From assembly GCA_040905565.1 (NCBI GenBank), contig JBBDRF010000012.1, positions 119,966-183,965 of the forward strand: a DNA stretch of 64,000 nt, given 5' to 3'. Under the pieces are notes generated by a model. That model ran no database searches. It was given only the letters and a program-made list of their open reading frames with translations, and was not told where the DNA came from. Made by a program: the position numbers and the translations under genes. This stretch comes from Phycisphaeraceae bacterium (GTDB lineage Bacteria; Planctomycetota; Phycisphaerae; Phycisphaerales; Zrk34). Shown piece after piece: positions 40,415-48,640 of this stretch (within the stretch, counting starts at the first letter, position 1; every line of letters starts with the position of its first letter).

Positions 40415-41436
40415 GCAGGGCCCACCAAAGTTCGGGCTATTTCGATATTCAGGTCAACGGCTACGCCGGGGTCGACTTCAACAGCGAGAACCTGACAGCC
40501 GAAGGCCTGCGTCTCGCCTGCGAAGCGTTGCGGCGCGATGGCGTGGCCGGCGCTTTGGCCACCGTGATTACCGACGACGTGCCGAGGATGGTGCGACAGC
40601 TTCGCCGTATTGTTGCTTTACGTGCCGCGGACGAACTGGTGGCGGATGTCATCTGGGGGCTGCACGTGGAAGGGCCGTTCATCAGTCCTGATCGAGGCTA
40701 TGCGGGCGCTCACCCGTGTGATGCCGCCCGGTCGGCTGAGCCGTTGGTGATGGAACGGCTGCTGGAGGCGGGGGGCGGGCTGGTGAAGCTGGTCACGCTT
40801 GCGCCGGAGGTTGACACCTCATGCGGCGTTATCAGGATGCTGCATGAAGCGGGAATCGTCGTTGCGGCAGGGCATACCAACGCGACGCTCGTCCAGCTTG
40901 AGGCTGCGGTTGATGCCGGCCTGCGCCTGTTTACGCATCTTGGTAACGGCTGCCCGATGACGCTCGATCGGCATGACAACATTGTGCAGCGGGCGCTCTC
41001 GGTGGCCAGGCGTCGGCCCTTGTGGGTCTCCTTCGTCGCCGACGGGGCGCATGTGCCGTTTCCGACTCTGGCGAACTACTTGCAGTTGATCCCGCCGCAG
41101 CGTGTGATCATCGTGAGCGACGCCATCGCCGCAGCCGGCCTCGGCCCGGGCCGTTACACGCTCGGCCGACAGGTCCTGCACATTGGTGAAGATCTGGTCC
41201 CCCGGGCCGCCGATCATTCGCATCTTGTCGGCTCGGCCACGCCTCTTAAGCAAATGGCGGATAACCTACGTAAGCAGCTCGGCCTCTCGCCGCAGCAAAT
41301 CGCGATGATGACGCAGAGCAATCCCCGTCGGCTGCTCAACATCGACTGCCCGGATTCCGTCACCCCGGCTATCTTGCCACCCGACGACGTGGCTCAAGAT
41401 TCTGAAGCTTCTGTGCTGAGGACACCACGCCCATGA
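40411..41436 (+). CDS. nagA: N-acetylglucosamine-6-phosphate deacetylase-like
   Basis: [42 protein letters not shown] and VSDA; ATGA-coupled. Confidence 0.85.
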   Translation: MSRAHQSSGYFDIQVNGYAGVDFNSENLTAEGLRLACEALRRDGVAGALATVITDDVPRMVRQLRRIVALRAADELVADVIWGLHVEGPFISPDRGYAGAHPCDAARSAEPLVMERLLEAGGGLVKLVTLAPEVDTSCGVIRMLHEAGIVVAAGHTNATLVQLEAAVDAGLRLFTHLGNGCPMTLDRHDNIVQRALSVARRRPLWVSFVADGAHVPFPTLANYLQLIPPQRVIIVSDAIAAAGLGPGRYTLGRQVLHIGEDLVPRAADHSHLVGSATPLKQMADNLRKQLGLSPQQIAMMTQSNPRRLLNIDCPDSVTPAILPPDDVAQDSEASVLRTPRP

Positions 41437-42779
41437 CCGATTCGCCCGCCCCAACCGAAACCGGCACGACACAGACCGACCCGCCCGAGGCCAGCCAGAC
41501 GGGCAGCGGCAAGCCGCGGGGCCTGTTCCGGTCGCTCGGCCCGGCCATCATCGTCGCCTCCGTTGTCCTCGGGCCCGGCAGCATCCTGCTCGCCTCGACC
41601 ATCGGCATCCAGTTCGGCTACAGCCTGCTGTGGGTGCCGCTGTTTTCGACGGCATTGATGATTTGCCTCGTCGCCATTGCCGCCCGCCTCGGCGTCGTCT
41701 ATGAACGCACACTGTGCGACGAACTCGCTCATCGCCTCGGTCGCCCTGCAGCTGTCTTCGTCGGCATCGTCGTGTTTCTCATCATTGCTGGATTCCAGAC
41801 GTCCAATAACACCGCCATTCTCGCGGCGATCGACCCGCTGCTCGAAACCGTCACCGGCCGCTCGGCCGGCGAAATCCGCGGCACGGGCATGTCCGTCACC
41901 ATCCTCGTGCTGCTCAACGCTTTCGTCATCGCCGTGCTCTTCGGCTTCAAGCGGCTCTACTCACCGCTTGAAAAACTGATGATGGGCCTGGTGCTGATCA
42001 TGCTCGTCGGCTTCCTTGTGAACCTCGCGTACGCAGCCCCCTCGCTGCCCGAGATACTTGGTGGCCTGATCCCCTCGGTGCCGCAGAGCCCGAATCCGGA
42101 TGAGCCGGTGAGTCTCACGCCGGTCATCGGCTTCTTTGCGACCACCGTCTCCATCGCCGCCGCCTTTTACCAGGCCTACCTCGTGCGGGAGAAGGGGTGG
42201 GGCATCGCCGACGTCAAGCGCGGCATGGGCGACGCTTTCCTCGGCATCGCGCTGCTCGGGGGCATCTCGATGATTATCATGATCACCGCGGCCGCCGTCC
42301 TGCACGGTGCGATCAGCGCCGGTGAAATCGGCAGTGCCGGGGATATCGCACGCCAGCTCGAGCCGCTCTTTGGGCCCGCCGCGGTGATTCTGTTCAGCCT
42401 CGGCCTCTTCGCCGGCGCTTTCTCGTCCTTCCTCGTCAACGCGATGATCGGCGGCACGATCCTCTCCGACGGTCTCGGCTACGGCGGCCGCATGGATCAG
42501 CAATCCACCCGCGTCCTCACCGCTGTCGCGCTGCTGCTGGCCATGGCGATCGCGATCTACTACGGCGGCGAACAGCCCGTCGTCGTCATCCAGTTCGCTC
42601 AGGCGCTCACCGTGCTCGGCCTGCCGGTGCTGGCGCTGACGATGCTCTACCTCGCGACCCGCCCCGACCTCAAGGGCCCCCGCGCCATCCCATTGTGGAT
42701 GAATGCCGTCCTCGTGCTCGGCTGCGTCATCGTTTTCCTCCTCGCCGCCCGAACCGCCAACAATCTTTTCTTCAGCTAG
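41433..42779 (+). CDS. NRAMP-related (APC fold) transporter
   Basis: LGPAIIVASVVLGPGS, FGYSLLW, ARLGV and LFSLGLFAGAFSS; about 11 TM helices. Confidence 0.8.
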   Translation: MTDSPAPTETGTTQTDPPEASQTGSGKPRGLFRSLGPAIIVASVVLGPGSILLASTIGIQFGYSLLWVPLFSTALMICLVAIAARLGVVYERTLCDELAHRLGRPAAVFVGIVVFLIIAGFQTSNNTAILAAIDPLLETVTGRSAGEIRGTGMSVTILVLLNAFVIAVLFGFKRLYSPLEKLMMGLVLIMLVGFLVNLAYAAPSLPEILGGLIPSVPQSPNPDEPVSLTPVIGFFATTVSIAAAFYQAYLVREKGWGIADVKRGMGDAFLGIALLGGISMIIMITAAAVLHGAISAGEIGSAGDIARQLEPLFGPAAVILFSLGLFAGAFSSFLVNAMIGGTILSDGLGYGGRMDQQSTRVLTAVALLLAMAIAIYYGGEQPVVVIQFAQALTVLGLPVLALTMLYLATRPDLKGPRAIPLWMNAVLVLGCVIVFLLAARTANNLFFS

Positions 42780-43025
42780 GGACGGCGTACCGCGTACCGC
42801 CGGGAACCTGGGGCCCGCAAAAAAATTCTCCACCATAACACTAGCCACACGCGGCAATCGCGGCTATACTTGGCATCACAACTGCCCGCTGATCTCTCAG
42901 ATCAACGCGTGCGCGGGGCTCCCCAACGAATCCCGAAGCCAGTTGTAGCGCATCGGCCGGATGAATAACGGCAGCTAGCCGTGGCCTTCTCGGTGCGCAT
43001 TTGTCCACCCAGAAGGAAGATATCG

Positions 43026-44357
43026 ATGCGCTTTGACCAACTGCAACTTGCAGAGCCCATCCTCCGCGCCGTCGCTGAGGAAGGCTACGAAACCGCCACT
43101 CCCATCCAGGAACAGGCGATCCCCCACGTCCTAAAAGGCCGGGACGTCCTCGGCTCGGCACAGACGGGCACCGGCAAAACGGCGGCGTTCGCGCTGCCCA
43201 TCCTCCATCGCCTCGCCGCCAAGCCACGCGGCAGCAAACCCACTCTCCCCCGCGCCCTCGTGCTGTGTCCCACACGTGAACTGGCGACGCAGATCTCCGA
43301 CGCCTTCCGCACCTACGGCTCCCAGCTCCCGCTTCGCACAGCCGTCATCTTCGGCGGCGTTCGGCAGGGGCCCCAGGTCGGCAAACTCAAACGCGGCGTG
43401 GACGTCATCATCGCCACGCCCGGCCGCCTGATGGACCTCATGAACCAGGGCTACGTCGACCTCAGCAACATCGAAGTGCTCGTGCTCGACGAATCCGACC
43501 GCATGCTCGACATGGGGTTCATTAACGACATCCGCAAGATCGTCGCCCACGTCCCCCAGCAGCGGCAGACGCTTCTGTTCTCGGCCACCATGGCCCGCGA
43601 GATTCGCAAGCTCGCCGACGCGCTGCTGCGGAAGCCGGTCGTCGTGCAGATTACGCCCGACGAACCCACCGTCGATCGCGTTGAACAGTGCGTCTACTAC
43701 GTCGATCGCAAAAACAAGCAACTGCTGCTGAGTGAGCTCGTCGGCCAACTTGCCATGACCCGCGCCATCGTGTTCACCCGCACGAAGCACGGCGCGGACA
43801 AGGTCGTCCGTCAGCTTCGCAAGACCGGCATCAACGCTGACGCCATCCACGGCAACAAAAGCCAGAACGCCCGGCAGCGTTCGCTGGATAACTTCAAAGC
43901 CGACCGCGTCCCCGTTCTCGTTGCCACCGACATCGCCTCGCGCGGCATCGATGTCGACGGCGTCACCCACGTCGTCAACTACGATATTACGCATGAGCCG
44001 GAAACCTACGTCCACCGCATCGGCCGAACCGCAAGGGCCGGTGCTGCGGGCATCGCCATCTCGTTCTGCGATCGGGATGAGGTTTCCAACCTCCGCGCCA
44101 TCGAGCGTCTGCTCGGCGAGCGTATCGCTGTCAACGAAGATCACCCGCCTTACCCCGACGGCAACAGTGGCGCACCTGCTGCCCCCAAGGGTCGAGCACC
44201 CCATCCGCTCGATGCAGCACGCGGCAACGGCGGCAACGGTGGGGGGGCTGGCAAGGCTGCCAACCGCAACCAGCGCAGCCGTGGTCGTCGACGCGGCCCC
44301 GGCTTCGGTCGCTCGGGTAACTTCAAGAAGAACCGCCCCGCACGCACCAAAGACTAA
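43026..44357 (+). CDS. DEAD-box RNA helicase (RhlE-like)
   Basis: Q motif, [26 protein letters not shown] and [10 protein letters not shown]; Arg/Gly-rich tail. Confidence 0.93.
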   Translation: MRFDQLQLAEPILRAVAEEGYETATPIQEQAIPHVLKGRDVLGSAQTGTGKTAAFALPILHRLAAKPRGSKPTLPRALVLCPTRELATQISDAFRTYGSQLPLRTAVIFGGVRQGPQVGKLKRGVDVIIATPGRLMDLMNQGYVDLSNIEVLVLDESDRMLDMGFINDIRKIVAHVPQQRQTLLFSATMAREIRKLADALLRKPVVVQITPDEPTVDRVEQCVYYVDRKNKQLLLSELVGQLAMTRAIVFTRTKHGADKVVRQLRKTGINADAIHGNKSQNARQRSLDNFKADRVPVLVATDIASRGIDVDGVTHVVNYDITHEPETYVHRIGRTARAGAAGIAISFCDRDEVSNLRAIERLLGERIAVNEDHPPYPDGNSGAPAAPKGRAPHPLDAARGNGGNGGGAGKAANRNQRSRGRRRGPGFGRSGNFKKNRPARTKD

Positions 44358-44376
44358 ACCTAACGTCAGAACATGC

Positions 44377-44466
44377 GAAGCCCACGGCGTCACGCCGTGG
44401 GTTTCTTCGCGCGCGCATGCGGCGCGTGCCACTGCTGAATCCGGCGACGCGTAGCGTCGCGGCTAT
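44377..44466. repeat. REP-like inverted doublet 1
   Basis: AAGCC-CACGGCG-TCA-CGCCGTG on the plus strand, and TAGCC-GCGACGC-TAC-GCGTCGC on the minus strand. Confidence 0.65.
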
Positions 44467-44555
44467 TGCAAAGGCATTCGCCGCTTGATCATTGCCTCGC
44501 CTTGCTACAATATGCCGGAACAACTTCCCCCAATACCAGACGAGGTAACCACACC

Positions 44556-45188
44556 ATGGCACTACGACTTGGCGAGACCGCTCCCAACTTTCAGGCTGAC
44601 ACCACACAGGGGCGGATCGATTTTCACGATTGGCTCGGTAATTCCTGGGGCATCTTGTTCTCCCATCCCGCGGATTACACCCCGGTCTGCACCACCGAGC
44701 TCGGCATGGCTGCCAAGCTCAGTGACGACTTTGCTGCACGCAATGTCAAGATGATCGCCGTCAGCGTCGACCCTCTCGATTCGCACACCGGCTGGATCAA
44801 CGACATCAACGAAACCCAGCAGTGCAATCTGGACTACCCGATCATCGCGGACCCGGATCGCGCCGTCGCCACGCTGTATGACATGATCCATCCCGAAGCG
44901 TCGGAAAAGGCCACCGTGCGCTCGGTCTTCATCGTCGGCCCGGACAAGAAGATCAAGCTGACGCTGACGTATCCCGCGTCAACCGGTCGTAACTTCGATG
45001 AACTGCTTCGGGTGATCGATTCGCTTCAGCTGACGGCTGAGCACAAGCTCGCCACGCCTGTGAACTGGAACGTCGGCGAGGACGCGATCATTGTCCCCGC
45101 CGTCGGCAAGGAAGAAGCCGACCATCTGTTCCCCGGCTACCGCGAAGTGAAGCCGTACCTGCGCTACACCCCCTCGCCGAAGAAGTAA
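44556..45188 (+). CDS. 1-Cys peroxiredoxin (Prx6 subfamily)
   Basis: FSHPADYTPVCTTE and YPASTGRNFDELLRVIDSLQ. Confidence 0.95.
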   Translation: MALRLGETAPNFQADTTQGRIDFHDWLGNSWGILFSHPADYTPVCTTELGMAAKLSDDFAARNVKMIAVSVDPLDSHTGWINDINETQQCNLDYPIIADPDRAVATLYDMIHPEASEKATVRSVFIVGPDKKIKLTLTYPASTGRNFDELLRVIDSLQLTAEHKLATPVNWNVGEDAIIVPAVGKEEADHLFPGYREVKPYLRYTPSPKK

Positions 45189-45252
45189 ACGCGCCCCACA
45201 GAGCCGGGCTGTCCCCAGCCCGGTCACGCTGGTTTTGATGAAGGTCGCACCC

Positions 45253-45534
45253 ATGCCCGAATTTTTCTCACTGCACAAGATCGGCCAGGTCAGCCGCGAC
45301 GCCATGCGCGAACGGGCGGAGAAGCTGATCGCGAGCACGACCGATGAATCGGTCGACCTCATCCGCACCGTCTGCGATCTCGAAGCCCAGCAGATGCTCT
45401 GCGAATGGGTCGCCCCCTCGCGCGACGCCGTGCTCAGCTACCTCGAACAGCACGACCTGCAACAGGAATGGCTGATGCACGTCGATCTCGAGGAGCCGCC
45501 CGCGACGCCCCCGATCAACCCCGAACCGGATTGA
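45253..45534 (+). CDS. Small protein, DUF4242-like
   Basis: MLCEWVAPSRDAVLSYL resembles the DUF4242 C-x-W/Y-x-AP motif. Confidence 0.55.
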   Translation: MPEFFSLHKIGQVSRDAMRERAEKLIASTTDESVDLIRTVCDLEAQQMLCEWVAPSRDAVLSYLEQHDLQQEWLMHVDLEEPPATPPINPEPD

Positions 45535-45550
45535 GGGGGCACAACCTCAA

Positions 45551-45613
45551 TTAGCCGCGGGCCTACGGCCCGCCGGTTCCGCAAGGACCTGCGACGCGTA
45601 GCGTCGCGGCTAA
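45551..45613. repeat. REP-like inverted doublet 2
   Basis: TTAGCC-GCGGGCC-TAC-GGCCCGC paired with an inverted TTAGCC-GCGACGC-TAC-GCGTCGC. The 22-mer at 45591-45612 is identical to 44444-44465. Confidence 0.7.
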
Positions 45614-45619
45614 TCGCGG

Positions 45620-45649
45620 TTGACGCGCCCGCACGGTCGGCCTTACAAT
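45620..45649 (+). promoter_or_regulatory. Putative sigma70 promoter
   Basis: TTGACG-18 nt-TACAAT just upstream of the riboswitch. Confidence 0.65.
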
Positions 45650-45674
45650 GGGCCGTTAGACAACTGAATATGAA

Positions 45675-45828
45675 TTCTTATCCAGAGCGGTGGAGGGACT
45701 GGCCCTTTGAAGCCGCGGCAACCGCCTCCATCTGGATCCTCAAGCAGGATCTCAGGTGGAGAGGCCAGGTGCCAATTCCAGCCCTGATCCCCGGCGTGTC
45801 GTCGGGGGACTTCGGGGGCAGATAAGGG
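45675..45828 (+). promoter_or_regulatory. SAM-I (S-box) riboswitch
   Basis: CTTATCCAGAGCGGTGGAGGGACTGGCCCTTTGAAGCCGCGGCAACC...GGTGCCAATTCC...AGATAAG, the conserved P1/P2/kink-turn core. Confidence 0.95.
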
Positions 45829-45847
45829 TGTCTTTGGTGCACTTCCG

Positions 45848-45901
45848 AAGCCTCGTCTTGTTTGCCTCCGAAAGGGGACACATAAGACGAGGCTTTTTTT
45901 T
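45848..45901 (+). terminator. Riboswitch expression-platform terminator
   Basis: Stem aagcctcgtctt/aagacgaggctt followed by a T-run, before the start codon. Confidence 0.88.
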
Positions 45902-45954
45902 ACGGGCCGTGCCGCTCACCATCACGCCGCACGCCCGGGACAAGGCAGGACCGG

Positions 45955-47247
45955 ATGGCTACCCAGGACGAAGGCGGATTCTTCAACGGACTCAAGTGTC
46001 GCGAGTGCGGCAAAGCCTACCCCGCTGAAATGATCTACGTCTGCAGCGCGTGCTTCGGCCCGCTGGAAGTCGACTACGACTACGACAAAATCGCCAAGGT
46101 GCTCAACCGCGAAACCATCGAATCGCGCGGCAAGAACATGTGGCGATACCGCGAACTGCTGCCGATCGCAGGCGAACCGACCATCGGCAAAGACGTCGGC
46201 TACACGCCGTTGATCAAGGCCGACCGCCTCGCCAAGCGGCTGGGCGTTCGCGAAGTCTATGTCAAGAACGATACGGTGAACTATCCGACGCTTAGTTTTA
46301 AGGATCGCGTCGTCAGTGTCGCCCTGACCCGCGCCCGGGAGCTGGGCCACGAGACGGTCGGCTGTGCTTCGACGGGGAACCTTGCAAATTCTGTCGCCGC
46401 CAACGCCGCCGCTGCGGGCATGACCAGCTTCGTGATCATTCCGTCGGACCTGGAGCTGGGCAAAGTCATCGGCTCGTTGATCTTTGGCGCGAACGTGGTC
46501 GGTGTCGACGGCACGTATGATCAGGTCAATCGCCTCTGTGCGGAAGTGGCGGGGCGGTACGGCTGGGCGTTTGTGAACGTGAACCTTCGGCCCTACTACG
46601 CTGAGGGCTCCAAGAGCATGGGCTTTGAGATCGCGGAGCAGCTCGGCTGGAACCTGCCCGACCACATTGTGAGTCCGATGGCGGGCGGGTCGCTCATCTG
46701 CAAGCTGCAAAAGGCGTTCAGCGAACTGACGAAGCTGAACCTCGTCGAGGGCAAAGACACGAAGATTTACGGCGCCCAGGCCGCCGGCTGCAGCCCGATC
46801 GTGAACATGGTCAAGGACGAATCGGACTGGATCAAGCCCGTCCGCAAGCCCGAGACGATCGTCAAGTCGCTGGCCATTGGTGACCCCGCCGACGGCGTCT
46901 ACGCCTCGCAGGTCATGCGGAACACCGGCGGCTGGGGCGAGAATCCCACCGACGAAGAGACCGTCGCGGGCATCCGCATGCTCGCCGAAACCGAAGGCGT
47001 CTTCGCCGAAACGGCGGGCGGCGTGACCGTCGCAGCCACCAAACGCCTCATCGACGCCGGCCGCATCGACCCCGACAGCTCCATCGTCCTCTGCATCACC
47101 GGCAACGGGCTGAAGACCAAGGAAGCGGTCGAAGGCGAATTCGAATCGATCAACACCATCCAGCCGTCCCTCGCTGCATTCAGCGAACTGATGGACACGC
47201 TGAAACCCAATACCACCGCCACCACCGAGGAGGCATCATGCCCGTAA
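45955..47247 (+). CDS. thrC: Threonine synthase-like PLP enzyme (fold type II) with N-terminal Zn ribbon
   Basis: CRECG...CSACFGPL, MWRYRELLP, PTLSFKDR (PLP Lys), ASTGNLA and ITGNGLKT. The true substrate is uncertain. Confidence 0.8.
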   Translation: MATQDEGGFFNGLKCRECGKAYPAEMIYVCSACFGPLEVDYDYDKIAKVLNRETIESRGKNMWRYRELLPIAGEPTIGKDVGYTPLIKADRLAKRLGVREVYVKNDTVNYPTLSFKDRVVSVALTRARELGHETVGCASTGNLANSVAANAAAAGMTSFVIIPSDLELGKVIGSLIFGANVVGVDGTYDQVNRLCAEVAGRYGWAFVNVNLRPYYAEGSKSMGFEIAEQLGWNLPDHIVSPMAGGSLICKLQKAFSELTKLNLVEGKDTKIYGAQAAGCSPIVNMVKDESDWIKPVRKPETIVKSLAIGDPADGVYASQVMRNTGGWGENPTDEETVAGIRMLAETEGVFAETAGGVTVAATKRLIDAGRIDPDSSIVLCITGNGLKTKEAVEGEFESINTIQPSLAAFSELMDTLKPNTTATTEEASCP

Positions 47248-47513
47248 CCGTACGAATCCCCACCCCGCTGCGTAACCTCACCAACGAGCAGGAAACCGTC
47301 GACGCCAACGGCGAAACCGTCGGAGCGGTCATCGAAGACATTCAGGGCCAGTTCCCCGGCCTCAAGGAACGCCTCTGCGATGAAAACGGCTCGCTCCGCC
47401 GCTTCGTGAACGTCTTCCTCAATGACGAAGACATCCGCTTCCAGGACGGCCCGAACACTACCGTCAAAGACGGCGACGAAGTGTCCATCATCCCCGCCAT
47501 TGCGGGCGGGTAA
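47238..47513 (+). CDS. MoaD/ThiS/CysO-like sulfur carrier
   Basis: VRIPTPLR, LRRFVNVFLNDEDIRF and C-terminal PAIAGG. Confidence 0.92.
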   Translation: MPVTVRIPTPLRNLTNEQETVDANGETVGAVIEDIQGQFPGLKERLCDENGSLRRFVNVFLNDEDIRFQDGPNTTVKDGDEVSIIPAIAGG

Positions 47514-47590
47514 GCGGCGGGAAATGTGCGAACCTGAAGGATGAAGTGTGATTGTAAATCATACATCACACTTCACCCATCGCACGTGGA

Positions 47591-47619
47591 TTGACCCACA
47601 CGGTGGGGCGATCTACGAT
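47591..47619 (+). promoter_or_regulatory. Putative sigma70 promoter for the leader-cysH transcript
   Basis: TTGACC-17 nt-TACGAT. Confidence 0.7.
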
Positions 47620-47658
47620 TGAAGCACCTTTGACGTAACGCCAATGGGACGTCCGATC

Positions 47659-47730
47659 ATGTGGAATACAGCGATGCGGTGGAAACTGACTGCGGCCGAC
47701 GGCACCTGTTGCCGTTGCTGTTGTTGTTGA
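47659..47730 (+). CDS. Poly-cysteine leader peptide MWNTAMRWKLTAADGTCCRCCCC (putative attenuator)
   Basis: 23-codon ORF with 6 Cys in its last 7 codons, lying between a promoter and cysH. GGGA precedes the ATG; alternative in-frame ATGs are at 47644 and 47674. Confidence 0.75.
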   Translation: MWNTAMRWKLTAADGTCCRCCCC

Positions 47731-47800
47731 AGCTTCGGCTTCTCCCGCGTCGCGCTCCGCTTTTCTCCGCCCGTCCCACATGAACTATCCCGGTGATCCC

Positions 47801-48574
47801 ATGCCGACCGTCGAAGACTCCACGCAAAACCAGGCGCAGATACGCGAACTTGAAGCTCGCGCCAAAGAGCTTGAAAACAAGTCGCCCCAGGAGATTCTGC
47901 GCTGGGCGGTCGAACGCTATCGCCCCGACATCACCCTCGCGTGCAGCTTCGGGATGCAGTCGGTCATGTGCATCGACATGCTCTACCAGATGGGGCTGCT
48001 CGACGACGTCACTGTCTTCTACACCGACACCGGCGTCCTGTTCCCGCAGACCCACCAGACCCGGCTGCGCGTGCAGGAGAAGTACGACTTCCGTGCGCTC
48101 CGCGTCGCCCCTCGCCTCACTTGGCAACAGCAGCAGGAAAAGTACGCCGGCCACCTTTACGAACGCGGCCCCGAAGGCATCAACCAGTGCTGCTTCATCC
48201 GCAAGGTTGAGCCCACGCAGAAATTCCTCGCTGACAAATCCGCCTGGATCACCGGCATGCGCCGCTCGCACGCCAAGACCCGGGCCGCCATTCCCGTGGT
48301 GCAGTGGGACGCGAAGCACAACATGGTCAAGGTGAACCCCGTCGCCCTGATCGACGATGCCACTGCGTGGGGTTACATCAAGGCCAATAAGGTGCCTTAC
48401 AACCCGCTCTACGATCAAGGCTATCCGTCGATCGGCTGCAACACCCCCGTCTGCACCCGCCCCGTCAAGCCCGGCGAAGACCCGCGCTCCGGACGCTGGG
48501 GCGGCGCGAAAGCAGAATGCGGCATCCACCTCGACGGCGAAGCCATCAAATCCCTCAACAGCTCCAAGCTGTAA
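47801..48574 (+). CDS. cysH: APS/PAPS reductase (4Fe-4S type)
   Basis: SFG, DTGVLF, CCFIRKVEP, WITGMRR, YPSIGC...CTRP, RSGRW and ECGIH. Start may be 47780. Confidence 0.93.
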   Translation: MPTVEDSTQNQAQIRELEARAKELENKSPQEILRWAVERYRPDITLACSFGMQSVMCIDMLYQMGLLDDVTVFYTDTGVLFPQTHQTRLRVQEKYDFRALRVAPRLTWQQQQEKYAGHLYERGPEGINQCCFIRKVEPTQKFLADKSAWITGMRRSHAKTRAAIPVVQWDAKHNMVKVNPVALIDDATAWGYIKANKVPYNPLYDQGYPSIGCNTPVCTRPVKPGEDPRSGRWGGAKAECGIHLDGEAIKSLNSSKL

Positions 48575-48640
48575 CAGAAGCACGGCCCCCCCCGCGCCCC
48601 GTTAGCGGGCGATCGCAGATCGCCGCTTCGCCGCCGCGCT

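Noticed and set aside
44444..45612. Identical 22-mers as a possible CRISPR array or transposon ends
   Set aside because: There are only two copies, about 1.1 kb apart, with no regular spacers and no cas or transposase gene. Treated as REP-like.
47659..47730. Cys-rich short ORF as a metallothionein or RiPP precursor
   Set aside because: The Cys residues form one terminal run, no modifying enzymes are adjacent, and the position between a promoter and cysH fits a leader peptide better.
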